Shown: positions 30,572 through 41,676, counted from the stretch's first letter. The stretch is 64,000 nucleotides of DNA from Candidatus Woesearchaeota archaeon (GCA_018661705.1 JABJHR010000003.1:601-64600), one strand, 5' to 3'. Notes: a model not told the origin generated them from the letters alone. A program made the numbers and translations.

Positions 30572-31285
30572 ATGGCAAGAAAAGCACGTAAAGAAGAATG
30601 GAAAGTATGGGGTAATGTATTTGATAATTATACCAATAGAAATCTATTCAAGCTAAAAGGACAAGGTTATTTTGATGAGTTAGAAAGCCCAATATCCGTA
30701 GGAAAAGAAGCAAACATATTCTCAGCTAAAACAAAAGATGGAAAAAGAGTAATTATTAAGATTTACAGATTAGAAACATGTAATTTTAATAAAATGTTTG
30801 ATTATATTAGACAAGATCCACGTTATGCTGGAATGAAGAATCAAAGAAGAAAGGTTATTTTTTCCTGGACACAAAGAGAACAACGAAATCTTCTAAAATC
30901 AAGGCAAGTTGGAGTAAGAGTCCCATTAGTACATACTTGCTTAGACAATATTTTAGTTTTAGAATATATTGGTGATGATATTATTGCACTACAATTAAAA
31001 AATCATTTTCCAAAAAATAAAACTAAGTTTCTAAATAAAATTATTGAGTATATGCATATAATGTGGAAAAAAGCAAGACTTGTACACGGTGATTTAAGTT
31101 GTTTTAATATATTAAATTATAATGAAAATCCCGTATTTATTGATTTTTCCCAAACAACAGACATAAAATCACAAAACGCAAAAGAATTATTAATCAGAGA
31201 CATAAAGAACATTTCCGTCTTCTTCAGAAAAATAGGATTAAAGAATGTTAATGAAGAAAAGATACTGAAGAAAGTGTTAAAATAA
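30572..31285 (+). CDS. rio1: RIO1 kinase
   Basis: GKEANIF, IKIYR, LVHGDLSxFNIL, IDFSQ. Confidence 0.93.
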   Translation: MARKARKEEWKVWGNVFDNYTNRNLFKLKGQGYFDELESPISVGKEANIFSAKTKDGKRVIIKIYRLETCNFNKMFDYIRQDPRYAGMKNQRRKVIFSWTQREQRNLLKSRQVGVRVPLVHTCLDNILVLEYIGDDIIALQLKNHFPKNKTKFLNKIIEYMHIMWKKARLVHGDLSCFNILNYNENPVFIDFSQTTDIKSQNAKELLIRDIKNISVFFRKIGLKNVNEEKILKKVLK

Positions 31286-31308
31286 AAAATTAAAAGAAAA
31301 AAGAAAAA

Positions 31309-32373
31309 TCAGTTATCCTTAATCCCATCCTCTTTAACCCAGAATGTACATTCTGCATCCGGTAAAGCAGGTGCGTCTACTAATTTAGCTACCCTACTCC
31401 CTTTCTTACCTTTACGCAAGTAAATTCTGAATGTAGAATTATGGGCAACAATATGGCCGCCAATTGCTTCTGTTGGATCTCCAAAAAATTGATCTGGCTT
31501 AGACATTACTTGATTAGTTACATATACAGACAAATTATGTATATCAGCTAATCTTGCTAAAACATGCATATGTTTGTTTAACTTTTGTTGTCTAACTGCT
31601 AATGTACCACGACCAACAAACTCAGCCCTGAAATGTGCAGTTAAAGAATCAACAACAACTAATTTAATATTTTTACCTTTCTTAGTAATTAATTCATCAA
31701 CTTTTTCAGATAATAACATCTGATGATCTGAATTATAAGCTCTTGCAACATAAATGTTTTTCAAGACTTTATCAGGATCAAGACCAGCACCTTCTGCAAA
31801 TTGCTTTATTCTTTCTGGACGAAAAGTATTTTCAGTATCAATGTAAACTGCACATGCATCTTCACCATAACTTTGTACATTAACTGCTAATTGATGTCCA
31901 ATTTGTGTTTTACCACTACCATATTGGCCGAAACATTCAGTTATTGCTCCCGTCTCAACTCCCCCTCCAAGAATATCATTAAAACCATCACAATTAGTTG
32001 AAATTTTATCAATTCTAGCTCTTTTTTTTAAGAGTTCATCGCCAGATTCAAAACCCATATCCATGGCATCCCGACTAACATTAATAAGTTTCCTCCCAAC
32101 AGTTTCAGTTATGCCAGACGCATCAACTAATTCTCCTGGTGTTGCTACGGCAATTGCCATTAAGGTATCATAACCACTCATTCTTAATTTCTCCGCCGTT
32201 GCTGCTCCAACTCCTGGTAGATCCTCTACTTTAGTAATTTTCTTAGATTTAGTTTCTTTTACTACAACATTATCTTCTTTATCAGATTCTTTATTATCTT
32301 CACTAATTATTTTTTCTTGCTCTTCTTGAGCTTTATCTCCAATTATATCTTCTTCCATTTTCTTCGCTAACAT
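31309..32373 (-). CDS. radA: DNA repair and recombination protein RadA
   Basis: HhH LPGVG, GQYGSGKTQ, YIDTENTFRPER, VDSLTAHFRAE; GGAGGTG RBS. Confidence 0.97.
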   Translation of the reverse strand: MLAKKMEEDIIGDKAQEEQEKIISEDNKESDKEDNVVVKETKSKKITKVEDLPGVGAATAEKLRMSGYDTLMAIAVATPGELVDASGITETVGRKLINVSRDAMDMGFESGDELLKKRARIDKISTNCDGFNDILGGGVETGAITECFGQYGSGKTQIGHQLAVNVQSYGEDACAVYIDTENTFRPERIKQFAEGAGLDPDKVLKNIYVARAYNSDHQMLLSEKVDELITKKGKNIKLVVVDSLTAHFRAEFVGRGTLAVRQQKLNKHMHVLARLADIHNLSVYVTNQVMSKPDQFFGDPTEAIGGHIVAHNSTFRIYLRKGKKGSRVAKLVDAPALPDAECTFWVKEDGIKDN

Positions 32374-32520
32374 GGGTAGCACCTCCTTTAATAAATACTT
32401 TATTGTTAAATCAGCCTTTTTAGAGCCTAATTGAACAATCTTAAAAACTCCATCAAGTTTCCAATGTGGAAATTAGCTAATTCCTTTTTTTAGGAAAGCA
32501 TAACTTCTTAAAATGTTTAA

Positions 32521-32687
32521 TTCAGATTTTTTCGGAAGATTTTCACAAGACCTGAAAAGATTCTGAACTCTACCGAAAAAACATAATTAAAAAAAATAAA
32601 AAAATGTAAAATTTCTGGGTGTGTCGGAAATGTTACGGTGTTTTTCGTCTTGGGCAAAAGACATTTAACACCTATTCCCGACGACAA
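32521..32687. promoter_or_regulatory. Candidate operator array upstream of radA
   Basis: TTCAGA, TTCGGA, CCTGAA, TTCTGA and TACCGA on a 10-bp phase; blocks shared with 27395-27510. Confidence 0.5.
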
Positions 32688-32694
32688 CAAGAAA

Positions 32695-32952
32695 CTACTG
32701 GGCTTGAACGTTTTCTTTTAATACAAGATACTCATAAGCTTTAGACAAGACAACAACAGCTTTAGGTAGATCAGCCACCCTTAAGTTATTGGTGTTTTGC
32801 CACTTACCTTCTTTATCTTTGTAACATCTTCCTAAAGACAAAGAAGAAAAATTATATTCTTTCCCATCTTTTTGGCCATTATTAGACCATATTGTAGCAG
32901 AAATAGCTCCTGCACTAAACTTTTTTTCAGGCATATTTGTTTGGTTTTCCAT
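32695..32952 (-). CDS. Small conserved protein, possible PC4/whirly-like ssDNA binder
   Basis: GAISATIW, RCYKDKEGKWQNT; GAGGGTG RBS before MENQ; adjacent to radA. Function is inferred. Confidence 0.6.
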   Translation of the reverse strand: MENQTNMPEKKFSAGAISATIWSNNGQKDGKEYNFSSLSLGRCYKDKEGKWQNTNNLRVADLPKAVVVLSKAYEYLVLKENVQAQ

Positions 32953-33272
32953 TTGAGTCACCCTCATTTTGCTTTTCGCATTTTATTTCATCATCTCCTT
33001 AATTAGAAGCTACGAGGCTTCAAGAGACTGAAGGTTTGTTGCAATTGCAATCAACAATTAACTTAAGCCCGTTCTCATTTATATACCTCACAACAGAATG
33101 TCCAGTGCAACCCAAAAAAAGAGCTGAAAACACAGTATATAAACAATACAACGGCTCTATGCCAGTGGACAAAGTCTAAAATGAACCTCCTTTTGTGTGT
33201 AAAAAATCATAAAATCTGTCTAGTGAAGATAAATCGAAAATTATATTAAGACATACATTTTTTAGAAATCTC

Positions 33273-34220
33273 ATGGAATTAAAGAATAAAATTGAAGCAT
33301 TGTTATTTGCCTCTGGCAGAAAAATGTCATTAGAAGAAATTGGAAAATTAGTTAAAATTAAAGATAGTGCTATTCTAAAAAAAGAATTAATTGAACTAAA
33401 AAAAGAGTATCAAGAAAGAAGCAGCCCAGTTATTGTTATTGAAGATGACGATGGTTGGAAACTTACAACCCATGAAGAACACGTTGCACTTGTAAGACAA
33501 ATTAATCCACATACTGAGCTTAGCAAAACAATGATGGAAACTTTAGCAGTAGTTGCTTGGAAACAACCAATGTTGCAAAGTGATGTTATTAAAATTAGAA
33601 CAAATAAAGCATATGATCACATTAAAGAATTAATGGATATGGGTTTTCTTGTAAAAGAAAGATATGGAAGAACATATTTATTAAAATTATCTCAAAAATT
33701 CTTTGAATATTTTGATGTACGAAATGATGACTCCTTAAAGTCCTTATTCAAAGACATAAAAGAAGAAGTTGTTGATCAAAAACAAATGAGTGATTTTAAT
33801 GAAGGTGATGAACAAGTTTCTAATGAAAGTGAAGAAACAACTGATGAAATAGAAACCCCTAATGAGAATGAACCGAAAATAGTTAAAGAAAATAATGAAG
33901 AACCTTTGATTTCTGAAAAAGAAGAAACTGAAACCCCTAACGAAAACGAGCATCCGCCAGTTGTTGAAGAACCTTCTGAAGAGAAACATGAAGAATCTTT
34001 GATTTCTGAAGAAGAGGAAAAAGAAACCCCTAACGAAAACGAGCATCCGCCAGTTGTTGAAGAAAATCCTGTAGAAGAAGAACCTGAGCAAGAACCAGCA
34101 ACAGAAGAGCAAAATACTGAAGAAGAAAAAGAAGAGGAAACAACAGTAGAAGATTCTAACCAAGAGGATAAAGAAGAATCTGAGAATCAAGAAACAGAGG
34201 AAAAGCATGAAGACTTATAG
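33273..34220 (+). CDS. scpB: SMC-Scp complex subunit ScpB with acidic tail
   Basis: IEALLFAS, ETLAVVAWKQP, FFEYF. Confidence 0.93.
   Translation: MELKNKIEALLFASGRKMSLEEIGKLVKIKDSAILKKELIELKKEYQERSSPVIVIEDDDGWKLTTHEEHVALVRQINPHTELSKTMMETLAVVAWKQPMLQSDVIKIRTNKAYDHIKELMDMGFLVKERYGRTYLLKLSQKFFEYFDVRNDDSLKSLFKDIKEEVVDQKQMSDFNEGDEQVSNESEETTDEIETPNENEPKIVKENNEEPLISEKEETETPNENEHPPVVEEPSEEKHEESLISEEEEKETPNENEHPPVVEENPVEEEPEQEPATEEQNTEEEKEEETTVEDSNQEDKEESENQETEEKHEDL
33901..34064. repeat. Direct repeat (93-bp offset) in the scpB tail
   Basis: GAAACCCCTAACGAAAACGAGCATCCGCCAGTTGTTGAAGAA occurs twice. Confidence 0.9.
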
Positions 34221-34344
34221 AGTTAAATGTAAGAAATGTGGCCATAAAATGAATTATTTGCCACTAAAAAAGATTTCTCCAAAAAGTATGAAAAAGTGCG
34301 TTTATTGTGGATATTCTATTAAGGTAAAAGATTACCTGTGTTAG
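34207..34344 (+). CDS. 45-aa C4 zinc-ribbon microprotein (not in ORF track)
   Basis: MKTYRVKCKKCGHKMNYLPLKKISPKSMKKCVYCGYSIKVKDYLC; GAGG RBS; overlaps the scpB end. Confidence 0.8.
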   Translation: MKTYRVKCKKCGHKMNYLPLKKISPKSMKKCVYCGYSIKVKDYLC

Positions 34345-34425
34345 GAGATTTTTCAACTAAATTTAACACAAAAATAAGTGTAATTAATCGAAACATATTT
34401 AAATAAACACACATTCATTTCGAGT

Positions 34426-37044
34426 ATGGAAGACCCTAAAAATAGCGACGAGAAAATGCCTGAAGATTCTGGTGAAGAAATAGAGCAAAAAAGCACCGAA
34501 AATGAGGAAAAAATAGAGCCTCAAAACACTAATCCAGAGCCAGAAGAACCTGTTCCAGAAAAAGGAATTTCTCCGATTATGATTGAAGATGAGATGAAGA
34601 ATTCTTATATAGATTATGCTATGAGTGTTATAGTTGGCAGAGCCTTACCAGATGTAAGAGACGGTCTTAAACCAGTTCATAGAAGAATTCTGTATGCAAT
34701 GAATGACATGGGCATGTTACATAATAAACCATATAAAAAAAGTGCTAGAATTGTAGGAGAATGTTTAGGTAAATATCACCCACATGGTGACCAAGCAGTT
34801 TATGATTCTATGGTTAGAATGGCTCAAAGTTTTTCTTTAAGATACCCTTTAGTTGATGGTCATGGAAACTGGGGAAGTATTGATGGAGACAGAGCAGCTG
34901 CAATGAGATATACTGAAGCCAGACTAAAAAAGATTTCAGAAGAAATTCTTCAAGATATTGAAAAAGAAACTGTTAACTTTACTGACAATTTTGATGGAAG
35001 CCTTAAAGAGCCAACAGTTTTACCTTGTAAATTTCCTAATTTATTAATCAATGGTTCAAGTGGTATTGCTGTTGGAATGGCAACTAATGTACCGCCACAC
35101 AACATTTTAGAAACATGCGATGCTATAATTCAAATCATCGATAATCCAGAAATTTCAATAAGAGAGATTATGGAAGTTGTTAAAGGTCCAGATTTTCCAA
35201 CGGGTGGAATTATTTGTGGAAAACAAGGCATTGGTCAGGCATATACAACTGGCAGAGGTAGAGTTATTGTCAGAGGTAAAACACACATTGAAAAACACAA
35301 AGAAAGAGAACGTATTATTATAGATGAAATCCCATATATGACCAATAAATCATTATTAATTGAACATATTGCTGATTCAGTAAGATCTAAAGTAATAGAG
35401 GGCATAAGTGATATTAGAGATGAAAGTGATAAGCGAGGAATGAGAGTTGTTATTGAATTAAAAAGAGACGCTAACCATGAAGTTGTTCTTAACCAATTAT
35501 TTAAACATTCAAGATTACAATCAACATTTGGAATTATCATGCTCGCATTAGTAAATAATGAACCTAAAATTCTTAATTTAAAAGAATTAATGATGAATTT
35601 CATAGGCCACAGAAAACAAGTTGTAACAAGGAGAACACAATATGAACTTAAAAAAGCAGAAGAACGAGCACATATTTTAGAAGGCCTAAAAGTGGCTTTA
35701 GCAGACATTGATAAAACAATTGCCATTATTAAAAAATCAAAAGATGCGGCAACAGCAAGAGCACAATTAATAGAAGTTTATAGTTTAACAGAAAAACAAG
35801 CTCAAGCAATTTTAGATATGAAACTTCAAAAGATCACATCATTAGAAACAGAAAAAATTCTTGAAGAGTTTACCCTGTTAATGGAAAAGATTGAAAATCT
35901 AAAAAATATTCTTGATTCTGAAGAAAGAATTAGAGGCATTATAAAAAATGAATTAACAGAGATTATGGACAAGTACGGTGATGTTAGAAGAACAGAAATA
36001 CTTGAAAATTTTGAAGAAGAAATTGAAATTGAAGACTTAATTGAAGAAGAAGACATGGTTGTTACAATCAGCCACGCAGGTTATATTAAAAGAATCCCAC
36101 TTACAATGTATAAGGCACAAGGTAGGGGTGGAAAAGGAATTATTGCTGCAACAACAAAAGAAGAAGATTTTGTAGAAAACCTATTTGTTGCAAACACACA
36201 TGATTATTTACTTGTGTTTACTGATAAAGGAATTGTACATTGGATTAAAGTATTTAGATTACCAGAAGGTTCAAGACAAGCAAGAGGAAAAGCAATTATT
36301 AACTTAATTGGTATCGAAAAAGACAGCAAAGTAACTGCTTTTATTCCTGTAAAACAATTTGATCCTAATCATTTCTTAGTTATGGTTACTAAAAATGGCA
36401 CAGTAAAGAAAACAAGCTTAAGTGCATTTTCAAAACCTAGACAAGGTGGAATAAGAGCAATTAATATTGAAACAGATAATGAACTAGTGAATGTTTTAAG
36501 AACAGATGGAGATAAACAAATCATAGTTGCAACTAGTAATGGTCAAGCTGTTAAGTTTAATGAAAAAAATGTAAGACCAATGGGAAGAGCATCTTTTGGT
36601 GTTAGAGGAATTAAACTAAAAGAAACAAAAGACAGCGAAGGCAAAACAATTTCAAAAGATTATGTTGTTGGTGGAGTTATTGCTGATGACAATAAAACAT
36701 TATTAACCGTAACCGAACACGGATACGGAAAAAGAACTACTATTTCTGAGTATAGATTAATTAACAGAGGCGGTTCAGGTGTTAAAAACATAATTTGTAG
36801 TGAAAGAAATGGTGGTGTAGTAGCCATAAAAAGCGTTACAAATGACGATGAAGTCATGTTAATTAGTCAGAAAGGAATTATTATCAGAACAAGATGTAAT
36901 TTAATCTCAACAATTGGTAGAAACACACAAGGAGTAAGATTAATGAGATTAGGTGCAGGAGACAAAGTAGTTGCAACGGCAAAAATCATTGGTGAAGACA
37001 GAGACGTTGAGGATGTTATAGAGGAAGAAGAAACCTCTGAATAA
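34426..37044 (+). CDS. gyrA: DNA gyrase subunit A
   Basis: [30 protein letters not shown], GyrA-box QGRGGKG. Confidence 0.98.
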   Translation: MEDPKNSDEKMPEDSGEEIEQKSTENEEKIEPQNTNPEPEEPVPEKGISPIMIEDEMKNSYIDYAMSVIVGRALPDVRDGLKPVHRRILYAMNDMGMLHNKPYKKSARIVGECLGKYHPHGDQAVYDSMVRMAQSFSLRYPLVDGHGNWGSIDGDRAAAMRYTEARLKKISEEILQDIEKETVNFTDNFDGSLKEPTVLPCKFPNLLINGSSGIAVGMATNVPPHNILETCDAIIQIIDNPEISIREIMEVVKGPDFPTGGIICGKQGIGQAYTTGRGRVIVRGKTHIEKHKERERIIIDEIPYMTNKSLLIEHIADSVRSKVIEGISDIRDESDKRGMRVVIELKRDANHEVVLNQLFKHSRLQSTFGIIMLALVNNEPKILNLKELMMNFIGHRKQVVTRRTQYELKKAEERAHILEGLKVALADIDKTIAIIKKSKDAATARAQLIEVYSLTEKQAQAILDMKLQKITSLETEKILEEFTLLMEKIENLKNILDSEERIRGIIKNELTEIMDKYGDVRRTEILENFEEEIEIEDLIEEEDMVVTISHAGYIKRIPLTMYKAQGRGGKGIIAATTKEEDFVENLFVANTHDYLLVFTDKGIVHWIKVFRLPEGSRQARGKAIINLIGIEKDSKVTAFIPVKQFDPNHFLVMVTKNGTVKKTSLSAFSKPRQGGIRAINIETDNELVNVLRTDGDKQIIVATSNGQAVKFNEKNVRPMGRASFGVRGIKLKETKDSEGKTISKDYVVGGVIADDNKTLLTVTEHGYGKRTTISEYRLINRGGSGVKNIICSERNGGVVAIKSVTNDDEVMLISQKGIIIRTRCNLISTIGRNTQGVRLMRLGAGDKVVATAKIIGEDRDVEDVIEEEETSE

Positions 37045-37081
37045 AAAAATATTTATATCTTTATTCTATTATAATCTTAAA

Positions 37082-37207
37082 ATGGATGAATTAAACAAAC
37101 TAAAAAAGAAAATAAAGAAAGATTTTGAAGAACATATTGAAATAGATGAAGATTCGGATCACCCAGTACATGAAAAATTTACTAAAGAGAAGAAAATAAA
37201 AAAATAG
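37082..37207 (+). CDS. 41-aa charged microprotein (candidate)
   Basis: MDELNKLKKKIKKDFEEHIEIDEDSDHPVHEKFTKEKKIKK; TATA-like box ~25 nt upstream; fills the gap between genes. Confidence 0.5.
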   Translation: MDELNKLKKKIKKDFEEHIEIDEDSDHPVHEKFTKEKKIKK

Positions 37208-37210
37208 AAA

Positions 37211-38071
37211 CTAACAAATAACTTCTAATGCCCTTTCATACATTTTCACACTAACAGGTGTTTTCCCAATAATCTCAGCATCTGCATGTGCAATTACTTT
37301 TTCAGAAGATGAAACCTTAATTTTCTTAGCTCTTACATGAACCAAATCCTTAAATTTGTGCATTTGTTTTGTTGCAACACCAAACATACATCTAAAAAGA
37401 TCTCCAATTTCTTTCTTTTTAATAATAATTACATCAAAATAACCATCATCATTTCTTGATTTCGGAATCATATCAAATAGTTTATGAAATTTAGTAATAT
37501 TACAGATTAATACATAATAACCATAATGAGATTCATGATTAATTCTTATTTTTAATCTATGTGGTTTATAATTAAAAACAGTCTTAATAAACGACAAGGG
37601 ATATGCAACCTCTCCAAATATTTTTTTAATCTTTGGTTCTACATTTTTATACATTTCAGCATCTAATCCAACACCACACCCTATGGCAAAAAATCTTTTG
37701 TTAACTTTTCCAATATCTAAGTCTTTTCTTCTATTATTAGAAATAATTTCTACTGCTTTTGCAAGATTTTTAGGAATACTAAGAGATCTTGCCACCATAT
37801 TAGATGTTCCTGCCGGAATAATACCTAAACGTGGCCGAGAATTTATGCTTTTTTGCATTAAACCATTAATAACTTCATTAACTGTACCGTCACCACCAGC
37901 TGCAATAACAACATCTGCTTTTGCTTTTTTTGCATATGTTATTGCATCTCCTTGTTTTGTAGTAACTTTAATAACTAAATCTTTCCCTAAGAAATGCTTT
38001 CTTAATTCTTTCAAAATCAATTTATGATTTTTTTGACCTGATTTGGGATTTATAATCAACACATATTTCAT
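37211..38071 (-). CDS. Diacylglycerol kinase family lipid kinase (DagK/YegS-like)
   Basis: INPKSG, AGGDGTVNEV, PAGTSN, GVGLDA. Confidence 0.92.
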   Translation of the reverse strand: MKYVLIINPKSGQKNHKLILKELRKHFLGKDLVIKVTTKQGDAITYAKKAKADVVIAAGGDGTVNEVINGLMQKSINSRPRLGIIPAGTSNMVARSLSIPKNLAKAVEIISNNRRKDLDIGKVNKRFFAIGCGVGLDAEMYKNVEPKIKKIFGEVAYPLSFIKTVFNYKPHRLKIRINHESHYGYYVLICNITKFHKLFDMIPKSRNDDGYFDVIIIKKKEIGDLFRCMFGVATKQMHKFKDLVHVRAKKIKVSSSEKVIAHADAEIIGKTPVSVKMYERALEVIC

Positions 38072-38112
38072 TTCGCACCTATTTAATTATTAACTAACTG
38101 TTTAATATCAGA

Positions 38113-38859
38113 TCATTGAATATCAAACTCAACAATCATTGGTAAATGATCTGAAAACTTAACTTTAGGAACAATTGTTTTCTTTATTTTTATTTCTTTT
38201 GAAAATAACACGTAATCCAGGGACTTTTTTGGTTTCCATGCTGGAAATGTCTTTCCTTTATGCTGGGCAACCATAAGATCAGTTTCCTCAACAAATAAAT
38301 TTATTTCTTCTTCCCCTGATAAGGTATTAAAATCACCTAAAACAATTTTAGGATTATTGTTAGAGTTAACGAATTTAGCAATTTCTTTAATTTGTTTTCT
38401 TCTTGCTCTTTTTCCAAGAGCTAAATGAACCAAAAAAATACTTAATTTGCCCTTACCATGATCAATCTCAACTTCAATTACCAATTTTTTATTCCCACGT
38501 TTCAAAAAATGTTCCTTGATTGAACTAAATTTGTATTTAGACATAACAGAGTTACATAAATGATGAAAATAAGGTAATTTTGATAATGCAGACTTTTTAC
38601 CATACTTGCAAAAACACGCCATAGACTTAAAATCCAAAGTTTCTTTAATAAATTCCGCTTGATCAATTTTTCCTGCACGAAAAGAGCCATCATCAATCTC
38701 AACCAAGCAAACAATATCAGGTGATTGTTTCTTAATAAAAGTAGAAATATTCTCTAAAGCTTTTTTTCTCAAATGAAGGTGTGCATTTTTTGTAACATAG
38801 TCTTTAATTCCTTTACCAACACCCATACAATAACACACATTGTATAATAATAATTTCAT
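38113..38859 (-). CDS. Endonuclease/exonuclease/phosphatase family protein
   Basis: YNV, DIVCLVE, VHL, GDFN, LDYV, SDHLP. Confidence 0.92.
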   Translation of the reverse strand: MKLLLYNVCYCMGVGKGIKDYVTKNAHLHLRKKALENISTFIKKQSPDIVCLVEIDDGSFRAGKIDQAEFIKETLDFKSMACFCKYGKKSALSKLPYFHHLCNSVMSKYKFSSIKEHFLKRGNKKLVIEVEIDHGKGKLSIFLVHLALGKRARRKQIKEIAKFVNSNNNPKIVLGDFNTLSGEEEINLFVEETDLMVAQHKGKTFPAWKPKKSLDYVLFSKEIKIKKTIVPKVKFSDHLPMIVEFDIQ

Positions 38860-38915
38860 TTTATAGTTTCAACCTCTTTTTATCCTCGCATTGTATTAAT
38901 TTCATCTTAACAACT

Positions 38916-40253
38916 TTATTTCATGCCAGCAACAATCGCATTCTTAAACAAGGCTATTTTTGGTCCTCTATAACCCTTAACTTCAATTATTTCTTTTGAT
39001 AGCCACATGTTTTCAATAATTTTAAACATATTACCAATGAACATTCCTCCTTTGAATGGTTTTCTAATTATTTTGCCTGCTTTATTTTTCTCACTAATGT
39101 AACCTAACCTAATTTCAGCAGAAAAGTCACCAGAAATACTGTTAGGAACAAAACTAGAGAATGAAACAATCTCTACTAGAGGTAATGTTTGTTTTAAATT
39201 TTTCATACTCTTCTTACCACCATTAACTTCAACTGCCCCTAGTGCCCCTGTTGCCGTTATTCCTAAATAATCAGCATATTGTTTTGAAGCAAACCAATTC
39301 TTAAAAATACCTTTTTCAATTAATTTAACTTTTTTAGAGATAACACCATCCCCATCAAACAAAGAAGAAGTTGGATTAAGTTTTAATAATGGATTTGTAG
39401 ATATAGAAATTTTATCTCCTTTAAAATTAGCAATTTTTTTCTTAGGAGAGTAAACACATAATCCCATTTGTTTTATTTTTGCAGATGCATGCATAACTAA
39501 AGGACTTAAACCCAAATGGGGTGCAAAAAAATCAGCAGCCGCATCATCTGTTAAGACCACATTTCCTTTAAAACTATTAATAAGATCTGAATTTAAAACA
39601 TCTTCTACAATATTAACATTTTCTTTTACAAATTCCTTTGCATTAAATTGAGATAATGACGCATGTTCTTTCATTGCAACAAATTCTTGTTCTTGAACTT
39701 TTCCATCTGCCTTTTTAGCAGTTGTTAATGTTAATTCAACATAAAAACTAGTTTTTTCCTCTTTAAGATCAACACCATTACTATTAATTACATTTAATTT
39801 GAGATATGATCCTTGGAGTTCGAGATTATTTGGCTTGACATTATACTTCTTCAAATTAGTTCTAATTCCATTAGCAATTTTTCTAAGATTTTTTAATGGA
39901 CTTATCAATTTTTTATCCACGAGAATTAATTTTTTGGGCTTAGACTTTAATTCTGATTTTGTAGGTAAAGAAAATTTAGGTTTTCGAGAATAATCACAAA
40001 TAACTAATGCATCATCAATCATTTTATTTATAGATTTTTCATTAAATTCAACGATACTAAAACTACTCTCACCAATTTCCTCCCCATAGTCTTTATATAC
40101 AACAATCTCAATAGAAAACCTATCACCAATTAATTCTGATTCTGATTCAAGATTTTTTGTAAAATATAAATCTGTACTCTTGGAACTAATTACTTCTATT
40201 TTCCATCCAAAAATTTTTCTTTTTTGAAGTAATTGTTTTATTTTATTAATCAT
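38916..40253 (-). CDS. PmbA/TldE family protein
   Basis: FDGDG, NSISGDFS; no HExxxH; paired with tldD. Confidence 0.85.
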   Translation of the reverse strand: MINKIKQLLQKRKIFGWKIEVISSKSTDLYFTKNLESESELIGDRFSIEIVVYKDYGEEIGESSFSIVEFNEKSINKMIDDALVICDYSRKPKFSLPTKSELKSKPKKLILVDKKLISPLKNLRKIANGIRTNLKKYNVKPNNLELQGSYLKLNVINSNGVDLKEEKTSFYVELTLTTAKKADGKVQEQEFVAMKEHASLSQFNAKEFVKENVNIVEDVLNSDLINSFKGNVVLTDDAAADFFAPHLGLSPLVMHASAKIKQMGLCVYSPKKKIANFKGDKISISTNPLLKLNPTSSLFDGDGVISKKVKLIEKGIFKNWFASKQYADYLGITATGALGAVEVNGGKKSMKNLKQTLPLVEIVSFSSFVPNSISGDFSAEIRLGYISEKNKAGKIIRKPFKGGMFIGNMFKIIENMWLSKEIIEVKGYRGPKIALFKNAIVAGMK

Positions 40254-40281
40254 TTTATTCAGTTTAATTATTTATGATAAA

Positions 40282-41676
40282 TTAAGCTAAATCAACTTCC
40301 TTTATCAACAAGTGTGGTCCTCCTTCCGATACCCTTACCCATTCTTTATGGCCTTTACCACATCTTCCCGTTCCAGGAACAATTAATTTATCACTAACTG
40401 CTTTAATATTCTTAAGTATTGTTGGAAGATAACCCGTCATTCCAATTTCATAAAATAATTCACCAGTTAACTTTCCATTCTTAATTTTCTCAGCAACAAC
40501 TCCTTGAATTTGAACATGCCATCCTTTTGGATCTTCCATCCCACCAGAAGAATTGTGTAAATAAAGCCCATCTTTAATACTTTTAATCATTTTACTAAGT
40601 TTTGCTTTTCCTGGTGCAAAATAAGTATTACTCATTCTTGCATAAGATTTATGATCATAACTTTCTGCTCTTGCATTTGCAGATCTCTTAACATTAATAC
40701 CTTCCATGCAAAGCCTAGAAGCAGAATACATATCTGTTATAGGTGCTTTAACAATTCCTTTTTTAATTAAATATGTTGGAGAGGCCATAACACCCTCGTC
40801 GTCAAAGAAAAAACTACCATTTCTTGCAGGAAAGGCAGGATTATCAATAATTGAAACAAATTTGGGGGCAATTTGTTTACCTAAAAATTCTTTTGCTTTA
40901 GCACGATCCTTATAGAGTGTATCTGATTCCATACCATGTCCAAAACTTTCATGAGCTAATAACCCAGATAAATGTGGACTTAAAATACAAGTATATTTTC
41001 CAGGGGTTAATTTTTTTGCTTTAGCAATTTTATAAGTGGTGTTAATTAATTTTTTAATCTTTTGTAAAGGAATTTTCGTTACTTCATAACCAGAAGAAAA
41101 GAAACTCTTATAATTATATCTTGTGTTGCCATCAATTGCTTTAATAAATGGCAAAGTCATAAGAAAACAGCTATTAATATTTTGAGAAAGTTGTTTATAT
41201 TGGTTAACAAATATTTTTAATTCTTGTTCTTCCATATACAGAACACGTGCATTAATTATTTTCCCACCAAGAATTTGTTTTTGTAATTTATTCACGGTTT
41301 CTGCTTTCTTTCTGATACTTATTTTGCCAGGATCTAGTTTTCCTTTCACAAGAAAATGTTTATTAATCTTTTTTTTACAAATGTTTAATCTAATTTTATT
41401 CAATGCTTTAATTTTTGATAACTTAACAGCTTCTTTTTCTAATCTTGGCTTATCAAGACCACTCATCCCAAAAACATGAAACTGTTCTCCATCAAATAAT
41501 CTTAGCTTAACACCAAAATCCATACCATTATCAATATTAATATCAACATTATCCTTGGAGATTGTTAAAGAATTCTCCTTAATTAGCAAGACATCAGCAT
41601 AATTGTTATTTTTAGTCATAATTCTAACTAACTTAAGAAAAAACTGTTTTACACCTAAGACTTCCTTTTTATTCAT
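40282..41676 (-). CDS. tldD: TldD metalloprotease
   Basis: HESFGHGME, FDDEG, RMSNTY, CGKG, GGPH. Confidence 0.9.
   Translation of the reverse strand: MNKKEVLGVKQFFLKLVRIMTKNNNYADVLLIKENSLTISKDNVDINIDNGMDFGVKLRLFDGEQFHVFGMSGLDKPRLEKEAVKLSKIKALNKIRLNICKKKINKHFLVKGKLDPGKISIRKKAETVNKLQKQILGGKIINARVLYMEEQELKIFVNQYKQLSQNINSCFLMTLPFIKAIDGNTRYNYKSFFSSGYEVTKIPLQKIKKLINTTYKIAKAKKLTPGKYTCILSPHLSGLLAHESFGHGMESDTLYKDRAKAKEFLGKQIAPKFVSIIDNPAFPARNGSFFFDDEGVMASPTYLIKKGIVKAPITDMYSASRLCMEGINVKRSANARAESYDHKSYARMSNTYFAPGKAKLSKMIKSIKDGLYLHNSSGGMEDPKGWHVQIQGVVAEKIKNGKLTGELFYEIGMTGYLPTILKNIKAVSDKLIVPGTGRCGKGHKEWVRVSEGGPHLLIKEVDLA

Noticed and set aside
33744..34208. 154-aa Phe-rich minus-strand ORF
   Set aside because: Antisense mirror of the GAA-rich scpB tail.
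35235..36857. Antisense ORFs within gyrA, and similar ones within pcn, the RPA-like gene, tldD and the pilin locus
   Set aside because: Fully nested opposite well-supported genes, with no recognisable motifs.
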